Shown here in pieces: positions 49,093-58,849 of a stretch of DNA of 64,000 nucleotides. The stretch is from an uncultured Gammaproteobacteria bacterium. GTDB lineage: Bacteria > Patescibacteriota > Microgenomatia > Daviesbacterales > UBA10151. The position numbers and the translations under genes were made by a program. How positions within the stretch are numbered: position 1 is the stretch's first letter; each line of letters starts with the position of its first letter. The stretch is taken from NCBI GenBank assembly GCA_964500725.1, contig CAZCNP010000002.1:133347-197346 (forward strand), in the 5' to 3' direction. A model generated the notes under the pieces. That model saw only the letters and a list, made by a program, of their open reading frames with translations, searched no databases and was not told where the DNA came from.

Positions 49093-50580
49093 ATGGGAAA
49101 TCCCAAATCATTAAAAGAGAGGGTTATAAAAGGTAGCATTATCGTTTTTGTGATGGCTTTTTTTGGATCTCTTTTTGCTTATCTCGTAAGGGTATTATTT
49201 TCTCATTCCTTAACAATTGAAAATTATGGATTGTTTTATGCAACCCTAAGTTTATTTGCTATGGCCTCAATATATATTGATTTAGGTTTCGGTTATGCAA
49301 TTATTTATCTTTTACCTAAATACATTAAACTAAAAGATTACTCAAAGGCCTGGAATATTTTTGTGCATGGTATGACAGTTTCCTTAGCAATGTCGATTGT
49401 AGTTTCAGTTGCTTTAGTAATCATAGCCCCCTTTTTGGCGAAAAATTACTTGAAAATGGAGCGTGCAGAAAATCTTATATATATATTTTGTATTTATTTA
49501 ATTTCTTCCACGGTATTGACCGGTTTATCACAGATATATGCCGGTTTGCAGAAAGAAAAGTATTATTCAGCAATTAATCTATTAAAGTGGATTTTTATAT
49601 TTGTTTTTGCCCTAATATTTTTTCTGTCCGATTTCCCAAATGTTCTATTTTATGCAATAGCTTGGACATTGGCACATGTAGTTACGGCAGTAATTTTTAT
49701 TTTTCTGCTTTATAGGAAGCACTCCTTCCTGACAGAAAATAAAGTTGTTTGGGAGGGTAAGATACTAAAGACCTTGTGGTCATTTGCTCTTCCGTCATTT
49801 TTAGAGTCTATGGTATATTCTTTTGTAATTTTAACTGATACCTTTTTTCTAACTCTTTTTAAGGGGGTTCGCGAAGCAGGCATTTACAATATAATTTATC
49901 CAATTGCTTCGGTTTCCATAATGCTGTTAAATCCGCTAAATAATTTATTGTTGCCTTTGGTTTCAGATCTGATGGAAGGGGAAAAAGATAAGTTAACGTA
50001 TCTTGTTAATAAAGTTTTGGAGGCCGTTCCTTTTGCGGGGATATATTTTGCCCTATTTGTAATAATGTTTCCTTCATCAATAGTAGCTTTAATTTTTGGT
50101 ACAAAATGGTCCGGATTGACAGAGGCTCCTTTAATGATTATAGCCGTAGGTTGCATTGGGTTACTTTTATCTATAATCTTAGGAACAATTCTTATCGGAA
50201 CCGGAAGAATCAGAGAAAGACTAAAATTACTGGCACTAACCGGTATTTTTTATGTTGTTCTCAATGCAGTCTTTATTTGGAAATTTGGTATTTATGGAGT
50301 TGTAATAACAAATACTTTATTGGGCTTGACACTCAGTGTTATGTTTTTAAAGGCAATAAATAAATTGATAAGTTTTAAGATCCCTTACTTATTTTATTTC
50401 AAGATTTCAGTATTTTCTTTAGCTTTGTATATATTGGTAAGATTTACTAGGATAGATCCGCATACATGGTTTGAGTTTATAACGTATGGCTTATTGTATA
50501 CACTACTATATGCTCTTATTGGATACTTTCTAAAAATGTATGATAAAAAGGTTATTCTAATGTTTTTTGGCAAAAGATGA
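49093..50580 (+). CDS. wzx: Wzx-like oligosaccharide flippase (MOP/polysaccharide biosynthesis protein family).
   Basis: 495 aa with ~12-14 TM helices and a typical Wzx hydropathy pattern. Confidence 0.65.
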   Translation: MGNPKSLKERVIKGSIIVFVMAFFGSLFAYLVRVLFSHSLTIENYGLFYATLSLFAMASIYIDLGFGYAIIYLLPKYIKLKDYSKAWNIFVHGMTVSLAMSIVVSVALVIIAPFLAKNYLKMERAENLIYIFCIYLISSTVLTGLSQIYAGLQKEKYYSAINLLKWIFIFVFALIFFLSDFPNVLFYAIAWTLAHVVTAVIFIFLLYRKHSFLTENKVVWEGKILKTLWSFALPSFLESMVYSFVILTDTFFLTLFKGVREAGIYNIIYPIASVSIMLLNPLNNLLLPLVSDLMEGEKDKLTYLVNKVLEAVPFAGIYFALFVIMFPSSIVALIFGTKWSGLTEAPLMIIAVGCIGLLLSIILGTILIGTGRIRERLKLLALTGIFYVVLNAVFIWKFGIYGVVITNTLLGLTLSVMFLKAINKLISFKIPYLFYFKISVFSLALYILVRFTRIDPHTWFEFITYGLLYTLLYALIGYFLKMYDKKVILMFFGKR

Positions 50581-51348
50581 ACCTTTAGAACTTTTAGCTC
50601 TTCCAAGTAGAGCTAAAGACCGTTTTTCATTATTAATCCAAGGCTGGGGCAGAGACTTATCTTTTCGTATAATAAACGTAAAATCATTTCCTTGATTTTT
50701 AAATATTAAGTTAAGTATAAATACCATGGAATTGAAAAAAAATTGTAGGAGATTTCTATTCAACAATTTCACTTTAGATTTTTTCTTCCAAGCATGATCC
50801 GGAGATAAAAATTCCTGATAAAAAAGGAACTCGCTGAAAAAAAGAATATTATGTTGTCTGGTTGGATCGAAGCTGTTAATGGTTTTTCTGACTTCTCTTT
50901 TAGTCCAACGATAAATGAAATTTGGTATAGCTGAACCATTTAATCCTCCCTCCTTGTAATCTATACAAAAGGTTTCATACTCCAAAGTAATTCCCAGTTT
51001 AACTAATAGACGGACTAGAATAGAATCCTGAGATTCGTTAACTATAATAGTTTTTCTGGACACTCGATACATTTCATTGAGAGCCTGATGTGGTGAATCA
51101 CAGTGGTGTAACCCTCTACTGACTATTACTAAGTCAAAAGAACAATCAGCAAAAGGGAGTTGGTGAGCATCTGCCTGTTGATAATGTTTAATACCAGGAG
51201 CTTTTTTGTCAATAGAAGTAATCAGATAGTTATTAAATTGTAGATTTTTTAATCTTATACTGTCATTGATATTACCGCAGATCACAAGGATTTTATCAGT
51301 TTTATTAATCAAACCCAGGTCAAGAAATTTTTTTAACAATCCTTCCAT
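50557..51348 (-). CDS. Class I SAM-dependent methyltransferase.
   Basis: ILVICGNIN...FDLVIVSRGLHHCDSP. Confidence 0.55.
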   Translation of the reverse strand: MEGLLKKFLDLGLINKTDKILVICGNINDSIRLKNLQFNNYLITSIDKKAPGIKHYQQADAHQLPFADCSFDLVIVSRGLHHCDSPHQALNEMYRVSRKTIIVNESQDSILVRLLVKLGITLEYETFCIDYKEGGLNGSAIPNFIYRWTKREVRKTINSFDPTRQHNILFFSEFLFYQEFLSPDHAWKKKSKVKLLNRNLLQFFFNSMVFILNLIFKNQGNDFTFIIRKDKSLPQPWINNEKRSLALLGRAKSSKGSSFAKKH

Positions 51349-51401
51349 AATCCTTCATATATTAACATAATCATTAACACAATTAATCTGTCTAAGCTAT
51401 A

Positions 51402-53591
51402 ATGTTAGGACGAATTATATATTGTATTATGATTTGTAATCGTAATATAATTTCTGGAATGAAGAAATTCCTCATATATTATTTTCTTTCCGTTTTTTCT
51501 CTACTAACAATATTTTCTTCTGGGATACTTGACTCTTTAGATGGACTTCAGTATTTAGCTGTTGCCAGAAATATCTATTACACAGGTGAACCGACAGGAC
51601 CACCTGATGAATTTAATTCTATGACTGGGGAAAATACAAGGGTAAATATCTACATGCCCGTTATAGTAGGGAAAGATGGAAAACAATATAGCTTCACAGG
51701 TTTAGGCTATTCTATTGCTTTAGTCCCGGCGGTTTTTTTAACAAATTTAGTATATAAGATTTACGGAATATCTCCTGCTGTACACTTTCCTTTGGAGAAT
51801 GATTGGTTGATGCTCCTTACCGCCAGTTTTACAAATGCTTTTTTTGGGGCCTTATTAGGGATAACTTTACTCTTATATTTTGTAGAGCTTGGGCTTACCA
51901 AAAAGCATGCCATATTTATGAGCCTTATTTCTATCTTCGCAACTAATCTGTGGGTGTATACCAAGCATTCCTTTGCCCAGATGATGTTTATTTCTTTTCT
52001 TTTTCTTTCATTCTTTTTGGTTAAGAGATTTTTCCGGACAAAGAAAATCTTATCACTGATTTTTGCAGGAGCCAGCTTTGGAATTGCCAGTATAACTTAT
52101 AATCAGACTTTTATTTTAGCAATAATACCTTTATTTTTATATTTTGTATTCCTTGCAAAATTTAGAATTAATTTACTAACCCGGCCAAACTTGTTATTAA
52201 AGCAGGTTAAATATATAACTACCAAATTACTAATTTTTTTCTTGGGGTTTTTGCCTTTTATCATAATTTATTTTTGGTTTGAGGGCCTTCGGGCGGTACC
52301 TACTCGTGATTTAGCAAATCCCTTATCTGTAGCAAAAGCTGGTATAAGTCCCATATTACATCTACCAATATCAGTTTTCTTTGAAGGATTATACGGTCAG
52401 CTCTTTTCTCCGGGGAGAAGCATTTTTTTATATTCCCCGTTACTTTTACTAATTATATTTTTCTTTTACAAAATTAAAAAAATAATTTTACCGGAGGTTG
52501 TAGTTTTTATTGTTTTATCGGTAATATATGTTCTGTTTTATGCTACGCAGCATAGCGTCGGCGGTCCTGATCAGGGCATAGCTGCATATTGGCATGGCGA
52601 GTCAAGTTGGGGACCCAGGTATTTACTGCCTTTAATTCCTTTTGGTTTGCTAATTGTTGGTTATATTTATACCAAACTTACAAAATATCAGAAGCTATTA
52701 ATTTTTTTACCTTTAGCAGTAATAGGGTTTTATATTGAAATATTAGGAATCCTAATTCCATATCAAACAAAGTTCCATAATTTAGTAAAGTTCTATGCTA
52801 ATGGTACAGAGTATACGCCCGGAGTTTATTCTAACCTGCTTCCCCGTTATTCTCCCCTGTTACAAATGACAAAAAATTTAGTAAAGTTAACTCAAAACTT
52901 TCCTAAAACTTTTGACCATGGGATATATAACGTGCGTTTCTATGATGGCATAGAGCTTCCCTTTAACGTTGGCCCGGAAAGATGGAGAGAGATAGAGGGT
53001 AAAGGATATATATCTTTTGATAATAATGAGAGTAATCCGGTAAAAGAATTGACTCTTGGATTAATTAATCATCCTATATCGGAATCTTCTGAATCAGCAA
53101 AACTACAGTTTGTGTTGAATAATCAGCCTTTACTGGATTCGCCTATTATTTTAACTAATAGACAAAGGGAACAAATAAAAATTCCGGTAAAAAATAGGAT
53201 CCTGAAACCAAAAGATAATAATTTAATGATTGAGGTGAGCTATGATAAATCCGTAGTGGTGGATTTACACAAACAGATTCTAGGATTTCAGTTTTTTGAA
53301 ATTAACAACCAGAGGCAAAATATGGAAAGTCTTGATATTCCATATGTCTCGCCACTCGGACCAAAGATGACAGGGATAATTTACCAAAATTGGGGAGGAA
53401 CTAATGAAGATCCTTGGAGATTTTGGAGTCTTCATTCGCAGATGTTTGAAAGATTGCCGGATTTTTGGTGGATTAGAAACTTATATCATTGGGATATCCC
53501 TAAACAATGGGTATTAATTCCTTTAAGCTTGAATCTGGTGATGCTTATTTTTACCGGATTTAAATTAAAAAAGGCATTAAATGAAAAATAA
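51402..53591 (+). CDS. Polytopic membrane protein (up to 729 aa, 722 aa if it starts at the ATG at 51423), N-terminal ~12 TM plus a C-terminal soluble domain. Possible GT-C glycosyltransferase (ArnT/PMT-like).
   Basis: Hydropathy pattern, with a C-terminal ~250 aa hydrophilic domain and a final TM helix. Confidence 0.45.
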   Translation: MLGRIIYCIMICNRNIISGMKKFLIYYFLSVFSLLTIFSSGILDSLDGLQYLAVARNIYYTGEPTGPPDEFNSMTGENTRVNIYMPVIVGKDGKQYSFTGLGYSIALVPAVFLTNLVYKIYGISPAVHFPLENDWLMLLTASFTNAFFGALLGITLLLYFVELGLTKKHAIFMSLISIFATNLWVYTKHSFAQMMFISFLFLSFFLVKRFFRTKKILSLIFAGASFGIASITYNQTFILAIIPLFLYFVFLAKFRINLLTRPNLLLKQVKYITTKLLIFFLGFLPFIIIYFWFEGLRAVPTRDLANPLSVAKAGISPILHLPISVFFEGLYGQLFSPGRSIFLYSPLLLLIIFFFYKIKKIILPEVVVFIVLSVIYVLFYATQHSVGGPDQGIAAYWHGESSWGPRYLLPLIPFGLLIVGYIYTKLTKYQKLLIFLPLAVIGFYIEILGILIPYQTKFHNLVKFYANGTEYTPGVYSNLLPRYSPLLQMTKNLVKLTQNFPKTFDHGIYNVRFYDGIELPFNVGPERWREIEGKGYISFDNNESNPVKELTLGLINHPISESSESAKLQFVLNNQPLLDSPIILTNRQREQIKIPVKNRILKPKDNNLMIEVSYDKSVVVDLHKQILGFQFFEINNQRQNMESLDIPYVSPLGPKMTGIIYQNWGGTNEDPWRFWSLHSQMFERLPDFWWIRNLYHWDIPKQWVLIPLSLNLVMLIFTGFKLKKALNEK

Positions 53592-53605
53592 CAGACAGAA
53601 TCAAA

Positions 53606-54352
53606 CTAACTTTTTGGCGAGAGAACATGATGGTATTTATTGAATACTTCTATGGGTGAACCATCAGCTAATATTTTTCCGTGATCAAGTAATATTATTC
53701 TTTCGCAGAAATTTTTTACTGATTGTTCGCTATGGCTAACAAAAACAATGGTTTTATTTTTCTCCTGTTTGACTTTCTTTAGATACTGTATACATTTCCT
53801 TTGGAATTCGGCATCACCAACCGACAATACTTCATCAATCAGCACAATTGGAGCATCAACGTGTATGGCTATGGCAAAGGCCAATCGCATGTACATTCCT
53901 GAGGAATATCTTTTTACAGGAGCATGAATGAAATCCTTTAGTTCGCTAAACTCTATAATTTTATCAACAACCATTTCAATCTCCTTCTTATGTAACCCCA
54001 AAATAGCTCCATTTAAAAAAATGTTTTCGTACCCTGTTAATTCATGATGAAACCCGGCTCCCAACTCGATTAAAGGTGCTACCTTACCATCTACAATAAC
54101 CTCTCCATTAGTGGGTGAGGTAACGCCGGCAATTAATTTTAAGAGAGTGGATTTCCCGGCGCCATTTTTTCCGATGATGCCTACTGTTTCTCCTTTATTA
54201 ATTTCAAAAGATATATTGGATAAAGCTGTAAATTCTTTTGCCCAGGGTTTGCCCAGAATAAGAGAAGGAAGAGCTTCTTTAAAAGTTTTATCATCCTGCA
54301 ATAAAAATTGCTTAGTAACATTTTTAAATATAATTGATGGGGGATTTTCCAT
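53606..54352 (-). CDS. wzt: ABC transporter ATP-binding protein, Wzt/TagH/KpsT-like (short form without a C-terminal carbohydrate-binding domain).
   Basis: GIIGKNGAGKSTLLKLI (Walker A), LSVGDAEFQRK-region, HVDAPIVLIDE (Walker B). Confidence 0.8.
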   Translation of the reverse strand: MENPPSIIFKNVTKQFLLQDDKTFKEALPSLILGKPWAKEFTALSNISFEINKGETVGIIGKNGAGKSTLLKLIAGVTSPTNGEVIVDGKVAPLIELGAGFHHELTGYENIFLNGAILGLHKKEIEMVVDKIIEFSELKDFIHAPVKRYSSGMYMRLAFAIAIHVDAPIVLIDEVLSVGDAEFQRKCIQYLKKVKQEKNKTIVFVSHSEQSVKNFCERIILLDHGKILADGSPIEVFNKYHHVLSPKS

Positions 54353-54356
54353 AGTT

Positions 54357-55139
54357 TTAGACTATATCTGCAAAAACCTTCTCGCTTTTTTTAAACATCC
54401 AAAACCCAAAAATAAATATTATAAAGGAGATTATGGCAGACCATAAAATTATTCCACTATCAAAGGGTTTATTAAACACTGCCGATCTGTAACCCTCGAT
54501 AATTCCAACCATAGGATTGAGTTTATAAATCCATACCAGGTGATTGGGAATTAATGATAGAGGATAGACAACAGGTGTTAAATACATCCACATGAGTAAT
54601 GCCAGATTAGCAACATATTGGATGTCCCTGTAGAATAGATTTGATGCGGAGAGAAAAAAAGCCAGTCCACACATAAGGATTATTTGGATAAAAAATATGG
54701 GAATAACAAAAATAATTGTTAACTCAAATGGTAATTGATAAAGAATCATAAAGATGATCAGGATTAAGGAAGCTAGCAGAAAATCAACAAGTTTTGAAAA
54801 TATTACAGAATAAGTAAGTATTTCCCTGGGAAAATATACTTTTTTCAGTAAATTTGAATTATCCACCAAAACCAAGGTAGATGCAGAGAGAGTGAGTTGA
54901 AGATAAATCCATGGAAGAAGGCCGATCAGCAAGAAAACAGAATAGGGAATGCCTCCTGTAGGAAATCTAAAAATTACGGAAAATACAAATGAATAGACTA
55001 AAAGTTGGATGAGTGGATTAATTAGTATCCAAACGTAGCCTAAAATAGACTGTTTGTACCTTGCTTTAATCTCCCTTAAGGTGAGTTGTTGAAGTAAGAA
55101 CTTATACTTTAGGAATGGCAGCAAGAAACTTTTAACCAT
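54357..55139 (-). CDS. wzm: ABC-2 type polysaccharide exporter permease (Wzm/TagG/KpsM-like).
   Basis: 260 aa with 6 TM helices. It is immediately upstream of the Wzt-like ATPase. Confidence 0.7.
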   Translation of the reverse strand: MVKSFLLPFLKYKFLLQQLTLREIKARYKQSILGYVWILINPLIQLLVYSFVFSVIFRFPTGGIPYSVFLLIGLLPWIYLQLTLSASTLVLVDNSNLLKKVYFPREILTYSVIFSKLVDFLLASLILIIFMILYQLPFELTIIFVIPIFFIQIILMCGLAFFLSASNLFYRDIQYVANLALLMWMYLTPVVYPLSLIPNHLVWIYKLNPMVGIIEGYRSAVFNKPFDSGIILWSAIISFIIFIFGFWMFKKSEKVFADIV

Positions 55140-55262
55140 AAAAGAGTTGAATTTATTATTTTCTACCTTTTAAAATTAAATGATTTGGGTTTAAAAGTCA
55201 ACGCAATCTTTTCCCGAGTAATTGCTAAAAGTTTTAAAAGACTATACAATTGAAACGAAAAT

Positions 55263-56582
55263 ATGAAATTTAAGTCTGATAATGAAAAGATTGTGTATGT
55301 GGGAATGTCTGCAGATCTTATACATCATGGTCATATAAATATTATCACAACAGCAAGAAAGCTAGGTAAGCTAGTTATAGGGTTATTGACTGATGAAGCG
55401 ATAGCCAGCTATAAGAGGGTTCCTCTTTTGACTTTTGAACAACGTAAACAAGTAATTGAAAACCTAGCTGGTGTTTATAAGGTCGTACCTCAAAAAACCC
55501 TTGATTATGTTGCAAATCTTCAGTTGATAAAACCGGATTTTGTGGTTCATGGAGATGATTGGAAAACTGGTGTACAGCGAGAGACAAGGGAAAGGGTAAT
55601 AAAAGCCTTAAAGGAATGGGGAGGCAAACTGATTGAACCAAAATATACACAAGATATTTCTTCCACTGCTCTTATAAGTAGTTCAGATAGTGTAGGGGTA
55701 AGTCCTGCTTACAGGATAAAACGGTTTCGCCGGATTTTGGATATAAAACCGATAGTTAGGATTATTGAAGCCCATAACGGATTAACTGGGCTTATTGCTG
55801 AAAAAGTTAAAGTAGTAAACGGTCATCAAACTTTGGAATTCGATGGTATGTGGGAGAGTAGCTTGACAGATTCCACTTCAAAAGGAAAACCTGATACTTC
55901 AGCTGTTGATGTGACCAATCGTCTTCAAACAATAGAACAAATATTGGAAGTTACAACAAAACCTTTGATTGTTGATGGGGATAGCGGTGGATTGCCGGAG
56001 CATTTTGTTTTTACAGTTAAATCCTTAGAGAGATTAGGAATATCGGCAGTAATTATTGAAGATAAAGTTGGAATTAAAAGAAATTCTCTTTTTGGTACTG
56101 CCGTTTCACAGACACAAGATTCAATTGAAAATTTTTGCGAAAAAATTAATAAAGGAAAGAAAGCGCAGGTTGAAACAGATTTTATGATAATAGCTCGTAT
56201 TGAGAGCTTAATTTTAAAGAAAGGCCTAAATGATGCATTAAAACGGGCAAAGGCTTATATTGAGGCAGGGGCAGATGGAATCTTAATACACAGTAAAGAG
56301 AAGACACCTGTTGATATATTTAATTTTTGCAGGGAATACAATAAATTTGAATACAAAGTACCTTTGGTTGTGGTACCATCTACGTTTAGCGGTGTCAGAG
56401 AAGAAGAATTTATAAAGCATGGCGTCAGGATGGTTATTTATGCAAACCAGCTAATAAGAAGTGCATATCCTGCAATGAAGAAGGTTGCTGAATTAATATT
56501 AAAAAACGGACGCGCTCTAGAGGCAGATAAATTATGTTTACCAATAGAGGAAGCTATCAAGCTTATTCCAAGTCATTCATGA
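55263..56582 (+). CDS. Bifunctional Fom1-like protein: N-terminal cytidylyltransferase (TagD-like HxGH domain) fused to C-terminal phosphoenolpyruvate mutase.
   Basis: N-terminus [25 protein letters not shown]...VHGDDW...ISST (compare TagD GTFDLLHWGHIKLL...VMGDDW...ISTT). C-terminus [15 protein letters not shown]...IVDGDSG...VIIEDKVG...MIIARIES (PEP mutase/isocitrate lyase superfamily). Confidence 0.75.
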   Translation: MKFKSDNEKIVYVGMSADLIHHGHINIITTARKLGKLVIGLLTDEAIASYKRVPLLTFEQRKQVIENLAGVYKVVPQKTLDYVANLQLIKPDFVVHGDDWKTGVQRETRERVIKALKEWGGKLIEPKYTQDISSTALISSSDSVGVSPAYRIKRFRRILDIKPIVRIIEAHNGLTGLIAEKVKVVNGHQTLEFDGMWESSLTDSTSKGKPDTSAVDVTNRLQTIEQILEVTTKPLIVDGDSGGLPEHFVFTVKSLERLGISAVIIEDKVGIKRNSLFGTAVSQTQDSIENFCEKINKGKKAQVETDFMIIARIESLILKKGLNDALKRAKAYIEAGADGILIHSKEKTPVDIFNFCREYNKFEYKVPLVVVPSTFSGVREEEFIKHGVRMVIYANQLIRSAYPAMKKVAELILKNGRALEADKLCLPIEEAIKLIPSHS

Positions 56583-57676
56583 TCCATCCCAGTGATTTTA
56601 CAACTCAGCTTATTAAAAATAACCTAGGTCCTGTAGTGGAGGTGCCCTGTTCCTTCCTTAAGGATTTTCTCGGATATCTTTGGGATAGCAAAGAGATCCC
56701 CGTAATAAATCCTGCAAATGAAGCCATTGCTATGGCAGAAGCAGCAGGAGAGTATATGGGAAGCGGAAGAATTCCGGTAGTTGCAATACAGAATTCAGGA
56801 TTAATGAATACTTTAAATGCGCTGACCTCTTTACATAAAATCTATGAAATACCTGTTTTTATGATGGTGACCTGGCGCGGTGAGGGGGGAGCAGGTAAAG
56901 ATGCTCCCGAGCATGATATTACGGGAGAGAATCTTTTAAAATATCTTGAAACATTTGAAATTCCCTACAAAATTGCTGATGGAGTGATGTACAAGGAACA
57001 GGTTAGTTCTTTGGCAAAAAAGGCAAGAGAAACAAAAAAACCCGTTGTTTTAGTAATCAGAAAAGGAATATTTGAACCATACGAAAAAGAGACAGAGGAA
57101 GAAAGTCCTCTTGAAATGACAAGGTTTGATGCAATTTCTATAATTAAGCGAAAAACAAATGGTAAAGTTATATTTTTGTCAGGAACAGGATTTCCCACTA
57201 GGGATTCGTTTAACGTAAAGGATACATCGGATTTTTATACAATGGGGTCTATGGGGCATGTTTTTGGAATAGGTCTTGGAGTAGCGCGCACTAATCCGGA
57301 TAAGAAAGTTATCATACTTGATGGGGATGGTGGAGCAATTATGCACGCTGGAGCTTTCGCATCTCTTGATCCTCAAATACACAAAAATTTAATTTATATT
57401 ATGTTTGATAATGGGGTATATGAAAGTACCGGCGGGCAATCCTCTCCTTCTCAAAATGTCGATTTTAAATCATTTGCAAAAGCTTTTAGATTTGGTAAGT
57501 ACCTCGATGTAAATACGCAAGTTGGTCTTGAACAAGCAGTAAAAAAAGTTCTCGGAGCCAATACTCCGTCATTTCTTCATATTTATGTTAAACAGGGTGG
57601 AAATGTAGGCACACGAGTATCAGATAAGTATACATGTCCACAGGTTACAGAACGTTTTATGGAAAATCTTAAGTGA
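56579..57676 (+). CDS. ppd: Phosphonopyruvate decarboxylase (thiamine-diphosphate dependent).
   Basis: [14 protein letters not shown]...[17 protein letters not shown]...[18 protein letters not shown] (TPP-binding GDG...N motif). The start ATG overlaps the upstream TGA. Confidence 0.75.
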   Translation: MIHPSDFTTQLIKNNLGPVVEVPCSFLKDFLGYLWDSKEIPVINPANEAIAMAEAAGEYMGSGRIPVVAIQNSGLMNTLNALTSLHKIYEIPVFMMVTWRGEGGAGKDAPEHDITGENLLKYLETFEIPYKIADGVMYKEQVSSLAKKARETKKPVVLVIRKGIFEPYEKETEEESPLEMTRFDAISIIKRKTNGKVIFLSGTGFPTRDSFNVKDTSDFYTMGSMGHVFGIGLGVARTNPDKKVIILDGDGGAIMHAGAFASLDPQIHKNLIYIMFDNGVYESTGGQSSPSQNVDFKSFAKAFRFGKYLDVNTQVGLEQAVKKVLGANTPSFLHIYVKQGGNVGTRVSDKYTCPQVTERFMENLK

Positions 57677-58824
57677 TGATGATAAAAACTATTCTACCTA
57701 AAGTTCAACATGATTATAAAATGCCGACAGAGGTTTATTTTGGAAGAGGGACGATAAGTATTTTAGCTGAATTAGTCAACAAAAGTGTCCGTTTGAAGCT
57801 TCTTCTTGTTGCAGGATCACATTTTTATGAGTCAGATTCATTTAATGGTTTGAGGGACAAGTTTAATAATAGAAGGAAAGTGGAATTATATCCTGAAAGA
57901 ATCAAAAAATCTTCATTTGAAGAAGTTGATAGTTTGGTAAGGTATGTCCAGACTAAGGGGTATGATGGAGTCATCGGAATAGGGGGCGGGGCGATTTTGG
58001 ATAGCGCAAAAGTTGCCGCTGCACTGGCGACAAATGGAGGGATGGCAGCAGATTATTTAATTAATCCAACCAGAAGCTTACACAATAAAGGTATTTTTTG
58101 CATAGCTGTTCCTACAACGTCAGGAACCGGCAGCGAAGTGACTCCTTGGTCGGTTGTTTGGGGAAAAATTAAATATTCCCTTTCATCACCGGAATTTATG
58201 TTTCCGGATATTGCCATTGTTGATCCGGCTTTGACAGATGATTGTCCTAAATATATCACGGCAACTGCAGGTATTGATGCGTTATGCCAAGCCATAGAGG
58301 CGTATTGGAATGTTAAACATAACGCAGTTTCAGACAAATATGCTTTAGAATCAATACAAACAATACTTACATCCTTAGAGAAGGCAGTTAACAATCCTGA
58401 TCAGCAGTCCCGAGATAGCATGGCTTGGGGATCTTTAACCGGAGGTTTGGCATTTTCCAATACAGCAACTACTATTTGCCATGCTGTTTCATACCCGATT
58501 ACATCTCATTGGGATATAGCGCATGGTCAGGCAACCTCGATTACTCTTCCCTTATTTATTGAATATGTATTCCCTGTTTTAGAAGCTAATAGGCGCAAGA
58601 AACTACTGGGAGCAATAGGCGCAAAAGACGAGAAGGATGCTGCAGAAAAAATAAGAAACCTAATGATCGAAATTGACCTTAAAACTAAATTATCAGAATT
58701 GGGGATTCCTAAGGAAGGAATAGATATTATAGTCAGCGAAGGATTTGATCCTGACCGTGCTAAAAATTCTCCAAAAATTCCATCGGCCATGGAACTAGGA
58801 GAGATGCTTTATAGTATTTTCTAA
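57673..58824 (+). CDS. Iron-containing (group III) alcohol dehydrogenase. Candidate phosphonoacetaldehyde reductase (FomC/PhpC-like).
   Basis: GIGGGAILDSAKVAA and AVPTTSGTGSEVT Fe-ADH motifs, plus the His-rich metal site (CHAVSYPITSHWDIAHG). Confidence 0.7.
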   Translation: MMMIKTILPKVQHDYKMPTEVYFGRGTISILAELVNKSVRLKLLLVAGSHFYESDSFNGLRDKFNNRRKVELYPERIKKSSFEEVDSLVRYVQTKGYDGVIGIGGGAILDSAKVAAALATNGGMAADYLINPTRSLHNKGIFCIAVPTTSGTGSEVTPWSVVWGKIKYSLSSPEFMFPDIAIVDPALTDDCPKYITATAGIDALCQAIEAYWNVKHNAVSDKYALESIQTILTSLEKAVNNPDQQSRDSMAWGSLTGGLAFSNTATTICHAVSYPITSHWDIAHGQATSITLPLFIEYVFPVLEANRRKKLLGAIGAKDEKDAAEKIRNLMIEIDLKTKLSELGIPKEGIDIIVSEGFDPDRAKNSPKIPSAMELGEMLYSIF

Positions 58825-58849
58825 TCTCCTTTGTTAAAATGCTTTTGTC

